In this document: piece by piece, positions 1 to 12,000 of the stretch | Layout: the number at the start of each line of letters is the position of its first letter | How positions within the stretch are numbered: position 1 is the first letter of the stretch | Notes under the pieces: model-generated | Seen by the model: only the letters and a program-made list of their open reading frames with translations | Database searches by the model: none | What the model was told of the DNA's origin: nothing | Translations under genes and position numbers: made by a program | Source: Marsupella aquatica | Lineage: Eukaryota; Plantae; Marchantiophyta | Assembly: GCA_973895155.1 (NCBI GenBank) | Contig: OZ316895.1 | Location: 18,299,880 to 18,363,879, forward strand | Reading direction: 5' to 3' | Length of the DNA: 64,000 nt

Positions 1-473
1 TGAGTACAAGTGAGAAGCGCTCCCTCAACATTGGTAGGCTGAACGTAAAACCTCATTCCAATCGAAGAATTGTATCCCATGCTACGGAAAGAGTCTTTTA
101 GCTTGTCGATGGAAGAACTGTCTTTCTATAGAGTTCGGACAACCTCCATATGCACCAATCGACATAGTGGAATTCGTGGAGGCTCTTTGTCAAACCCTCT
201 GAAATCCTTCCCAAATGACATGACATGTTTCGAAATAAGATCCGTCTCGGAAAACGAAACATCTTGAATCGCAAATGTGTCAAGATTCTCCATCTTCTTT
301 CTCGCTGGTTTGGCAAACGAAATACTTGAGATTGGAACAAGCGATGCGGTGGACCTCGTTACTCGACGCGTATACACTGAACCAGAGAATGAAGACTCAG
401 AAGACTCGCAATACCCACGATCCTGATCCCCAACCACACTATACACCCTCGACAAGGAGGGGATTGCATCCAT
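1..473 (-). CDS. 5' part of ParB-methyltransferase cargo gene M, copy B (runs off window start)
   Basis: ORF 126..473 (SSESSFSGSVYTRRVTRS...ISKHVMSFGKDFRGFDKEPPRIPLCRLVHMEVVRTL) is clearly homologous to 9052-9430 (SSQSSFSGSVYTHRVTRS...ISKHVLSFGRDFRGLGKEPPQIPLC*LIHMEVVRTL). Confidence 0.8.
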
Positions 474-1191
474 TGTCTTTACGATGAAAGGTGTATGAAC
501 GGAATCCTCACGACTGATTACCAGTTCTCTGTACCATATTAACAGTTGGGTCCGTATTATATCCTATCAATGAGCGTTATTCCCCTCTTTGTAATCGGTT
601 GGAGAGACGTTACTCATTGCGAATGACGAGATTCAATTTTATTTATCCGTGACAGAAAGCGACAATTTAGAAATTGCGATAAGTATTAATGTGAATTACG
701 CTAAAATGTTGTCGTGGTCATCATGCTAAACATTAGTTACCGTTAAATGTTACCGTTGTCTCAGCACCTTTCAGACAAACATGCAATGCCAACGTCGGGC
801 GCTAACGAATAAGAGACTACCAAATTCAAGAACTTATTGGTGAACAAATGCTAGCGCCCGGCGCTAGCCATTTGAATAATTTCATTAACATTCTTTTTTA
901 GTAACAGATATTGTCAACAAACTTCCAAATGTACCTGTTTCACCCGTAGTAACTAAACTTTACTTGATATTATGATATTAAGTATATTGTATCAATACTA
1001 GCGCCTGGCGCTAGTAACAATTTATTGTATTTGAGCTTAAAAATGTTTGTGATGCAATATTTTGAAAAAACATTGCATCAATATTTTGTGTGTGATTATG
1101 CTAGCGCCAGGCGCTAGTCACAAGACTTTTCAAATTATGTCATTGTTATTCCAATGGCTTTTAGGTAGCGCCCGACGCTAATGCAATGGAC

Positions 1192-1345
1192 GAGTATAAC
1201 CACCGTGACAGCAAATAGTAAATAGATTTGCTGTTATGAGCAAATTTTTTGCTCGTACGAGCAAAAATTTACTCATATGAGGCTTTCAATTACTCATAGC
1301 AGAAAATCTGTTTACTCATACGAGAAACTATTTACTTGTACAAGT
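1192..1345. repeat. T-side TIR and subterminal ~20-bp-period repeats (ctcgtacgag / ctcatatgag) of copy A
   Basis: The same array is found inverted at the T-side end of copy C (54185-54336 and 61679-61735). Confidence 0.75.
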
Positions 1346-2254
1346 TTTATAGGTTATTCAAAGTTCAAAAAAATGGCTCGATGTTAAAAAATAACAACCA
1401 TATAAGCGCTCTCTGAAATGCTAACATAATTGGGCCCACCATTCAATGATAATAAACGGGCAATATAAAGGTCATTATAAGAAGACGCGCTTTATTTAAC
1501 AATCAATATATTTGCTATCTGTTTCAAATTTTGGCTAGCGCCAGGCGCTACCAACAAACAACACATTTTTCTAGATAAGAAACGGGTACATCTTCTGCCC
1601 GTTAGAAAAGACAAATGCCACTTAAAGTTGTTGAACGGCACCAAATTGACTACATGTCCGTTCCATTTTGTCGATCAAGCAGGTAACGGACTTCGCCCAA
1701 TGTCATATCTGGTTGACTAGATAGTGTCGAATCGTGAAGACTCAACTTTAACACAGTCCTGAATACCCAATATAGATGTTTGCAAGGCATGTAAGGTTTC
1801 CTATAAATGTGCCTCCGATAGAAATCCTCACATGAACAGCAAGGGAAACAACAAATCTGCACCCAATAAGAGGCAGCATTCCTCTCATGTTCATGTGTTC
1901 TGATACAATACTGCTTCCCCCACGCATTCCCACTCGTGACATCTCTCTCGCATATGAGCCTCATTACTTCTGTTTTGGATGCTTCGATCTTCTTGTAAAG
2001 TGTTTGAGTTAGATTCACTCTCTGCAAGCACTTCCTTCCATTCTTGGAGCCACATTTGAAAATTGGGTCTGCTAAATTGATCCTCTCTTGGAACAAATTC
2101 ACATCGATGCGTAACTCAGATGGGGATGGCTCCTGACCTTCCCTTACCTCTCCTGTACCAAGTAGACCTTGTTCTCTCAAGAATTGGATCTCGCCCTCCT
2201 GGAGATTGGTCCCTCTCGCAATGGGAAGAACGGATGGTATATTGGGAATGTTTG

Positions 2255-4762
2255 TGTGACGCCGGTGACATGGTCCTTATTCAATAATACGATGGAATTG
2301 GTATGCTGTGCACAGTAAGTAACTGTGAGACTGTAGAACGATCAGCGAGATGGCAAGAATAAGGGCAATCATATGTCGCGGGTGGTCGGCGAACGTATCT
2401 CTTTCAATGTGTCGCCAAATCTGGATCTATAAAGAGCATTGGAAAGATCTGGTCAAGGCGAGTAAAATCGATATAAAACACTCGGGAAACGGAGGTGTAT
2501 TAAGAAAGATACGGCCTGGTTAGTGTGTCGGGTTAACTTATGGCCGGAATTAGCGGGTTTGGCTTCGGTTTCGGGTTAACCTAAGCTTGGCCACGGCTTA
2601 GCTTAGGTTAGCCTGACCTCGGGCCCGGGTTAGCATAGGTCAGCTCGGGTTTGGGCTCAGACTAGCGGCTAGCAGACTAGTGGCTAGCAGACTAGCAGAC
2701 TAGCGGCTAGCAGACTAGCAGACTAGCGGCTAGCAGACTAGCAGACTAGTGGCTAGCAGACTAGCGGATAGCAGACTAGCGGACTAGCATACTAGCGGAC
2801 TAGCGGCTACCAGACTAGTAGACTAGCGATAGCAGACTAGCAGACTAGCGGATAGCAGACTAGTGGCTAGCAGACTAGCGATAGCATACTAGCGGACTAG
2901 CAGACTAGCAGACTAGCGGGTAGCAGATTAGCCAGAGGCCACGGGTTAGCTCTACTCGGGCTAGATAGATAGCTTGGTTAGCCAAACTCGGGTTAGCTAT
3001 GTAACTCGGGTTAGCGCAACAGTGCGTACCCCCTCTCGGTTGCGGGGGCATAACTTTCTCTGTATTTGCCCAAATTGGCTATAATTGACCTCGTTGGAAA
3101 GAGGAGCTCAAGCCGCTTCCAACTCTGCTACCCACGCAGCAAATGGTTGAATAGAGAAATCGGGAGAGGAGGCGCAAGCTCGCGAAAACCATGGAGGAGG
3201 GCCAAATCCGAAGTACATAGTCAGTTTGAGATAGAAATAAAGTTGCGAGTTAGGGTTTAGTAGTTAGATATAGTGGCGGCTCTGTTAGGGCTAGGATGGG
3301 GCGCCAACAACGTAGCATCCACCCATTTGGGCTTAGTGTGAGAGTATATAGGGCAGCCCCCCGGTAGAGGCAGGGGGGGACTTCAGTTGTGTGATCTCAC
3401 GTAGACTGAGCATCAGGGAGGAGCTCTATGCAAGCAAGACTGGACTTGGACGTCGTGTGTTGGGGAGAGCTGGGTTGTGCTATTACTCAGGGAGTAATCA
3501 GCCAAGCTTCACAGCAACAGTTTGCCAGGTTTGCGAGCTGGATTGTGGCTCTTTCTAGTGGGCAGCACAACTGGGTTCTTTTCCCCCGATACATAGCCTT
3601 GGTGATAGGTGACGTATTGGTGATTGTAAACTGTGGGGAGGATTTTGATTGCATTTATGATGAGCATAGTAGGGAGGCTGAGACACTGATCGAGGTGTAG
3701 CAGGAGGAGCATTTACAGTTCAGTTTGGCAAGGCTACGTGATCCATGGGGAGTCCCGGCCTTTGTCTGGTAGAGAGCACTAAGGGATTTATGGCCAGAGC
3801 TGAGCTTGCATGGCAAGCATGAGGCTGGGCCTCATTGCAATCTGGGGTAGATCGCCGTTAGGCCTAGTACCAGCTTTGAAGTCGAGTCAACTATGCATGC
3901 GTAACTTGACATTCTGAAATGGAGGTGTGAGATCTGTATGTGCCCCCAAGAATGAAGTGCAGTGAAGGAGGTGGAGTTCAGGATTGAGTTTGCAAGGCAA
4001 GTACGGGATTGGTTCGAGTCCAATCTGCGGCCGCAATCTGGAGTGAGCCGGGCTTAGGTTCAGGATTGAGCTTGCATGGCAAGCACGGGGCTTGCGGGGC
4101 AAGCACGTCGCAATCTGGAGTAGACAACCTTCGGGACTATTGTTCGAATCAAGTGTTCTCAGTGAACTATTGTGCACATCGTTGAATCTAATTGAGTTTT
4201 CCTCTCAGGCCTCATTTCTCTCATGGATGTGTGTGTGTGTGTGAGGCAATCTGAGTGTATGATGGGACTAGCGGCGCCATTGAGAGGTGTACCGGGTGCA
4301 TTGAAGTGGGTTGGGTGAGGGCTGTCATAACTCTGATTGCTGGGAGTGGAATGGCAGAGTGGTGGGGCAATGGCTTAGAAGTCCCTAAGCCGGGAATCAG
4401 TCAGAGTCACTGGTTTATGGGTACATTCCGGCGGCGGAATAGAAACATACCTATGGCAGTAAGCATACGTATAGACATATGCGCACCGTAGCGCTAGGCC
4501 CTGTGTGTACGGGCCCGACATGAAGACCCCCTTCTCACCAGAACTATCATGAGTGCAAGAGCTGATTCCCAACCTTGGTCCTTGGGGATTGAGCTTGGGT
4601 GATGTGTGACAGAGTCTTGCTATGATAGTCTAGCGTTAAGGGGATAAACCGGTGTATACCAGCCTTCACAACATCCCTCCGTGATCCTCAGGTACAAGGA
4701 GATAGTTTTGGCACCCAATAGTGACAGCTTGGGTGTCAAGACCCAATGTCAACCGCTTGACA
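2255..4762. mobile_element. Solo LTR, family 1 (2.5 kb), inserted in transposase A
   Basis: Starts TGTGAC and ends ...TTGACA, with 5-bp TSD GTTTG (2250-2254 and 4763-4767). A close homolog lies inverted at 48843-51487. No gag/pol motifs seen. Confidence 0.85.
2659..2930. repeat. Minisatellite of 7-9 bp units (GCAGACTA / GCGGCTA / GCGGACTA) inside solo LTR
   Basis: Directly visible tandem array; largely absent from the second LTR copy. Confidence 0.9.
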
Positions 4763-7700
4763 GTTTGAAACACCTCTTCTTGGCCGACTTTTGTGACATT
4801 TGTTGTTTGGGCAAAACCATATCTGGTCTGGATGAGGTTCTCCTCTAAAAAGTCTACATCCTCTTACAGATATTGCGACAACTCCTTCTGGATTTGGAAA
4901 CCCAACCTTCTTTACTCAATTTCGACATTCATCGCGGCTTCCTCCTCCAACCGAGGGTCCCATTACAAGCTGGACCAGCACCGCGTTTTGTAGTTTGTCG
5001 GAGCTGCCAGAGACCTGGAGCTATGTCAGTTTCCATTGGGAGAAGAGATTCCTCAGGCGCGGCCTCAGCTTAATTTAGTAACTACAGTAATTCGCGACAA
5101 GTGTAGTTTGTATTTATGCAATATGGACTCTCTAATATATAAGTAGCGCCTGGCGCTATCAAATCTCTTGCATGACTGCCATGTTCGTAGTTGCAAAAGT
5201 GTGCTTGTTCATACTAGCGCTTGGCGCTACTATATTGTAACAAGGAATTGGAGTCAGAATAATCATTTTCCATATTAGCGTCGGGCGCTATTACAAATCA
5301 ATGGTAACGGACTATCATGAATCTAAGAAAATTCTTACCAGCCTAATGAAGTTTCCCATTGGCTCCAACGGACAACCCACCATGAGAGCCATCCTTGCAA
5401 CATTCAAAGCTTCCCCTGATGGCAATTTCCAGCTCTCCACCAATCGTCGATCTCTCTTGACATACGATCTGCGTCCAAAAATGTTTTTGCGTTACGAAGA
5501 CCGTCCCACATCTTCTTGTGTTCTTCAAGTTTTCCTTCTGGAACACCTTCGCGTGAATGCCGATGAAATGACTGATAAAAATGAAACGCATCCAATTGCT
5601 CTCGGTCAGTATCAGGTACCCCATTGAAGAAAACATTTCGCACCGCATTCCATCCAGCCTGGGTATTGTCCGCCATGAATCCTCGAATTTGAATGTTCTC
5701 TAGGCCATTTTCACTCGCAACTTCTATCATCAATCACCACGCTCTCTCTAAGGACTTGGTGTCTTCAGCCTTTAATTCACAAGTGAAAATTGTACAAAGC
5801 GCCTGATAGTGATGATCATATACATGAACACTAAAAGTTAGCCAGTCCGATGTAATTCTATGCATGACGTCGAAACTCACCCATGACCCTTCTAATGAAC
5901 CACCGGTCTGCATTTTCCGGAGAAGGTCGATCCCAGATCCTTCGCCTTTCACAGTCATCTTGAAGATGTGAGCACTTTCGTCTCGACATCCTTGGCCTGG
6001 AAGCAAATACCTATGAAGAAAGGGAAGTCTCACACACTTTTGCATCCACACCAAATATTCAAGCTCACCTTTGCCTTTCTGGTCTTGTCTCACACTTCGC
6101 AGAACAGAAGCAAACTTTTGTGGGGTAGCAACAACCATGAGGGACTCCCAGATCTCCTTCTCCTCTTCCGAAGACATTTCCTCCACGGATTCCTCACAGA
6201 GGGCATTGGTTAGAGAGTCTGTAGCCGCATTCTTTATCCCAGCGGGCGTAGCTCGTGGATTAGCCTGGAACTCCTTTGCGAGGTGAGTCTTAGCAACCTT
6301 TTCAGCCTCTCTCGACCACACTCGATGACTGGGATGGTTGTGAAATCCCATGTGCACAACCAGCCGGGACATATACGCCAAATGAGTTGAATCCACTTTG
6401 GCCGAAGGATACATATAGAACATCATGGCCGGACACGATGTTGTACACATCGAAGGTTCAGAGCAGTGGTGACAGACAATACCACCTTGCGGTATGAGTT
6501 CTCCAACTCAAAAGGTGCCTGATAGTTTTGGTGATCTCGCCCAGACTTGGTTGTTCCTAGTCTTTTTGTCTCTCCAGAATTGGCAAGAATTGTTCCGACA
6601 TTCAAGAGAACCGGTACACTGAACCTTTCCAAAATCCCACATCTTCTTTGGTAAAACATTCGAAGATGTCTTGACAATGCGCGTCCAGTAATAGCAATCC
6701 TTCCCGCGGTCCATGTCCTTCAGTCGTTCCCCTTTTGAATTCACGCAATCGACTGGAGGCAACTCAAACACAACATTCCCATTGTATGTCATCGAGAGGC
6801 TGGGAACTATCTGATGCATGAAATCCTTCTCCCTGATGAAACGAGATAACTCGCTATGTCCCTTCGATTTTAGGATAGTATCCATCGCACTTTGCCGATA
6901 TACAATTGGGACATCTTGAACCTCCATCTTCACCACCAAGGGATCCACTGAGATCCTTTTCGGGACATCAAAGGAAAGGGGCAAATTCTTCCCATCGTCT
7001 TCCGAAGTGTCAGACAGATTGACAACATCAACACCACTGGGAACAGGACATAGATCTTCCGATATTTCAGAATCTTCCAAAACAAAGACCTCGTATATTT
7101 TCTCCGGATACATCATCCAAAACCTGAGTCCATCGACGACATCATAGAAGATGGTATTTGCCTTTGAATCCTTAGGGAGGAGGGACACAGAGAGAATACA
7201 CTCTTTGGAAACATCAAATCTCAACCCCAAGTATTCATCTGAAACTCTCCTTGACTGAGATTCAGGGGATACAATAACCATGACGACATCCCGCGTGTCC
7301 TTGCGTCTCACTACGATCGATCATCCCATTTCAGCGGAAGATAATAATCGATGTCTCACTTCCCAATCGGTTTAAGGCTTGTTTGATGTACGAAGTTAAT
7401 AACGACAGTATAAACAAACATTGAATAATGACAAAGAAAGTTACGTTAATGGTTTGGACGATGTAAATCAATTGAATTTTGTCGTTATTCAACGGCTGTA
7501 TTGAACCAGCTTAATTGTTGGGAGTTTAATAGCGTAGGGACTACTTTTGTGAACGGGGAAAAATTTGACAATGGAAGCATGACTCTCGACCGAATACAGT
7601 ACCGCATGGCGAGGAGGACAGGGAAAACTCAGATTGTAATAATAGCGCTCGGCGCTATCATCAAAGCTTGTATGTTCTACCTCTAACAACAGACAGGAAA

Positions 7701-7973
7701 TCCGTGAATCGGTCCAAGTACGCACGTGTGCATTAAAGTTTCCACAATCGATGCATCTCGGACGTCAATTGCACGATCGGAAACCATTACATCTGAGACG
7801 TCCATGGAAATCCAAACGTTCTCATCTCTGTCCTCAAAACCTGGTCGGCGAGTCTGCCTCTCACCATTTGAAGTTCTTTGTTCTCATAAACATGTTTTGC
7901 GCTCCCGCGTCCATTTTTATACGAGAAACTTCCGTTCAGTCTCGATCGTTTAGAGTCGTTTGTTTAAGTTTCC

Positions 7974-8410
7974 ATGGCTCCACCACGAGCTAAGGGGAAG
8001 GCGCAGGTTATGTTTCGAAGCGACAGCGATGGAGAGGGCGCTGAGGAGAAGTCTCTCGCAAAGCCTCCTTCTCATTCGAACGTCCCGATCTCGGCAAAGG
8101 GGAAAGTAATTGCGAAAACCCGGGTTGTATCCGCACCAGATGGTGCTCCTCAGGCTAAAGCAGAAGTTCAACCCGTCGCGCAGAAATGTCGGGTGTGGAA
8201 GGCGGCTTATCTTCATCACACCCGTCACCTAGACATGGAAAACGTTCTTCAAGTGAAGGTGAGGATACAGACGATGATGCAGGGACCCATGATGAGTCGG
8301 GGTCCAACGACGACTCCTCTTGTAGTCGGGGTGGGTTTCGCTGGGGCGTTGGTTCTAGCGATTCCAACGATGATTCAGACGCGTACAAGCCAAGCTGGTG
8401 GGAAGATTAA
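7974..8410 (+). pseudogene. Small accessory gene X, copy A (basic N-terminus, acidic Ser/Asp tail, ends SDAYKPSWWED); one frameshift
   Basis: ORF 7974 (MAPPRAKGK..NVPISAKGKVIAKT) joins the frame of ORF 8186..8410. Both termini are conserved in copy C at 46216-46644 (minus). Confidence 0.65.
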
Positions 8411-9051
8411 CTGATCAACTGATCCTAGAGATTAACACATGGACCGTCTCATCCTGGAGAACCCAGTAACCCTAAGTAGATTACCAACCTCATTTGGTGG
8501 AGTTCGATGTTGACAGCCACGACCAGTTGATGCAGTGATGGTAGAAATGGTAGTCAATCTTTTGCCAACACGATAGTCTCAGAATCTATTGGGAGGTTAC
8601 TCTCATGTTTTTACTCAATATCTCGGAATCTATTGGGAGGTTACTCTCATGTTTTTACTCAATATTTCGAGACTTTGTGAAGTAAAGCCGATACCATTAA
8701 ATGGAGTTTGAATCTATTAGCCATCCCTTACGCATTTTTCATTATTCAGTTTATTTTTCAATGTTTTGCCTTATAGGAATGAGTAAATCTTTTCACCAAA
8801 TGTCTTTTGAAAGTCTTCATAATGCTTGTAGTTTTCGATGGAGTGGTCTTACCCGTGACAGGTTCCATATTAGCGCTCGGCGCTAGCATTGGAATGCTCA
8901 AACTTATGCTTCTAATACCAGATGGATTCTTAAATATTTGTGGATATGTAAGAGTTTGTATTACTCTCTCATGATGAGTAACATCGATTCGGATGCGATT
9001 TATGATAGCACCGAGCGCTAATAACGCTTACGCCGACTCGGACAGAGTTGT

Positions 9052-12000
9052 ATGATACTGTCCGACGTTCTGCTCAATGCCATCGCCATCTCTCAGTGGG
9101 GTAATACGAGGATGGGAGATAGTCATGCCGGTCATTCCGAGTCCTCACAATCCTCTTTTTCAGGTTCTGTGTACACCCATCGCGTGACTCGGTCCGCTGT
9201 GTCTCATTCACATTCAGATATTGGCTCAACTCTTCCGACTGCGCGATCAAGAAGGGGGAGAATGGACACGACTGAGGAAGTTGCTCGAGTTGATTTCGGT
9301 GTTGCTGGACTTTCAATGGACGATTACATTTCCAAGCATGTCTTGTCCTTTGGGAGAGATTTCAGAGGATTGGGGAAGGAGCCTCCACAAATTCCTCTAT
9401 GTTGATTGATTCATATGGAAGTGGTGCGGACATTGCAGAAGCAGAGCGCTTCCATCGACAAATTGAAGGAGTCATTCCGGATTTCTAGATACAATTCACG
9501 CATGGGCATGCCATTTTATGTACAGCCAACGAATGCGGATGGGGTTCCACAGATTTGCACTAATGAGATTAGAGCCTCTTGGGACCCAATCTGGGTTGCC
9601 GAGAATGACAAGTTTGAGGAAGAGTGTGACGCTGATCCTGATTTCAGAGTTTTGAAGGACAAGATGTTTTGTGTCTTCGATGGAAATCACCGTTTGTATT
9701 CGTGGTCGATTGTGACAGCAGAGAATCCGGACAACATTAAGTACCACCCTCGTGTGACTTGCATTGTTTTCAATGGAGATAAAGGTTCCCTCGTGGAGCT
9801 CGAGCTGCCATACGCTGTCAACCAGTAAGCCATTCCTCAGGACAACCTCATTTAATATGACGTACTAGTTCAAGATGGATTTTGGATGTGATATTATCTT
9901 TGGTGTTTTACTAGCGCCCGGCGCTGCTAATTTACAATTAAATTTTGACGTAGGTTGGGACAAGCTGTGGTTGAGCCGTCTTGGATTCTTGATGCCAACA
10001 GAATCTCTTGTCTTTTATCCCATGACGTAGAGCACTACAAACCCCTAATTGATGCTACGAGTTATGCTAAGTTTGAAGCCATTCGAAAGAAGACTTGAAA
10101 GGGTTCTTGGTATACACACAAGATGCCACAAGACGCGCTCATCTACATTTTGTGTGAGAACAAGATTAAATCTTACACAAACCAGTTCAAAGTGGACATG
10201 GATTTTGCGGCCGCCCAGGGGACTCCGTGGTCCGAAGAGGAGACGCATAAGTGGCATGAAGCTATGATGAAGGAAGCGACAAAAGACTGGGCTATCAAAG
10301 TAACAAAGATCACTCCATTGCTGCACCTTGATTTTGGTGACTACTTGGCTACATGTGCCGAAATGTTTCCCGTCACAGAGAAGAACAAAAGAGAAAAAAA
10401 GCCCGATACAGTTGTTTGCACTATGGACCATGCTCGTCTGTTTACTGCAGTTACTTATCTGGATCCGAAGTTAAGGTGTACCCTTCTCGTTGCCCATTGC
10501 ACTCCGGAGATTCAGAAACAGTTCTTTCATCCGGCTAGTGTGAACGATGATCCTGTAAAACAATGGTACCATACCTGGCATATCTGGAATTCAGTGGAGG
10601 AAATTGCTACTGGATTGATCCTCACCTTGCTCGAGCAGGTGTTGGATTGCATGCAAGATGATCGTCTTGTCAAGTCTGGGTGTGAGTCCCTGGATGTTCT
10701 CATGAAGTCCATTATCAAAGAATTCAAATCATTTGGAGACCTTGTCAAGGCTAAATTTTTCAACATAATGTGGCCATCAAAGTATGCAGACAAGGAGGAC
10801 TACACTGAGCGGAACCGGAAACGAGCCAAGCGATACGTTTACCATTTCTACATGTGGATGGAGTTGCGATCTCCTGAGGTTTTGTGGGCTTACCCTGGTG
10901 CATTTCAAAAGTGGGTGATTATCAAAGATGGTGACCACCTTGTTGATCTGTATTCGATGTACCCAGCTGAGGGAAAGTTCCCACCTCGCGCCTTGTCAGA
11001 GTGGGAGAGACTCCACTGCCCATGGTATCTTGACACTGACAAATGGGATCTGCCTTTCGATGAGGTGGAGAAAGACGCTTTCATGAAGTTACAGAAGTCG
11101 CAAATCCCAGCAAGGTACATATCGGAGATGAAGCAGGGTCTTGCGATTGAAGTGGATGCTTTGACAACTGAACTGCAGAAGAAATGCAAGACAGTCGTCG
11201 TGCATGTTGACCGGAGCCGAAAGCCAAGAGTGAAGGCCAAGAATAAATCTGCAGCTCCCAGTGAATCAACTTGATCGCTTAAAAAACGTAAGTTTGCCTC
11301 TTAGGATTCAGTAAAGTATTCCCGCTCTTGTTTGTATGACATATTTTCCCCCAATTGATACTATTACGCCAAGCGCTATTATGAGAACTAGTTCTGTTGA
11401 GTACCGTCTCTCCGTCTTTCAAGGGGAAGGAAGTCGGATGCTATCGGTGATGTAAAAGAGGACGCTACTCCTCAGGCCTCTGAAGCTAACACTAGTGCGG
11501 AAAATACACCAGATCAGGGAACCCCTGGGGAGAGTGGAAAGGCAGTGGTTCCAGTGGACGCGACAAGTATGAAGAAGAAGAAAAAGAGAGGAACACTTGA
11601 GGATAGGCTTGGATCTTTGTCCCGAGATTCAGTTGCGTCTACTGGATTGCAAAGAGATGTGGGGAATTTCAAACAAAAGTGTACTCGACATTGTTTTGTG
11701 GAGTCGAGTGTTACAGAATGTTTTGATTCCCTGTTTAACAAGGGAGAAAAGCCGGACTGGGTTTCTAATATTGAAGGTTGGGGGAAGAGCTGGTGAAGTC
11801 TGGGGATCGAGCAAAAGGGGTTGTCCGAGGGGGAAAAGAAAGAGCTTTTGGAGTTGATGCTGGTTTCATATATCTTCCAACTGGGTTGAAACCAACACTT
11901 GTGGATAGGAAGGTTCCTAAATGGAACCTTCAAGATTATACGATTCCAAGTGCCTTTTTCAGAACAATGGATCCTTTCCTAGCAGATGATGGATTGCTAG

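Larger units (their letters stand above)
1650..7329 (-). pseudogene. Transposase T, copy A (GCM/WRKY-like Zn finger, MULE DDE core, C-terminal SWIM); stops, LTR insertion and internal deletion
   Basis: ORFs 6508..7311, 5734..6450, 5404..5733 and 1650..2180 carry CTGSLECRNNSC...HMGFHNHP, WVSFDVMHR, GFMADNTQAGWNAVRNVF..DAFHFYQ and SWIM CSCEDF..PCKHLYWV. Intron donor at 5338. The segment bearing ESRH is missing. Confidence 0.85.

Noticed and set aside
852-1550. Clustered palindromes as a CRISPR array or REP elements
   Set aside because: Only 15 bp long, irregular spacing, located in spliceosomal introns, no cas genes, eukaryotic context.
3066-4572. Short ORFs shared by the two family-1 LTR copies as real genes
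   Set aside because: The similarity follows from DNA identity of the LTRs, stops differ between copies, and no gag/pol or other motifs were recognised.
8577-8668. 44-bp tandem duplication between X and M
   Set aside because: Two copies only, no motif, not seen in other family copies; probably a local slippage event.
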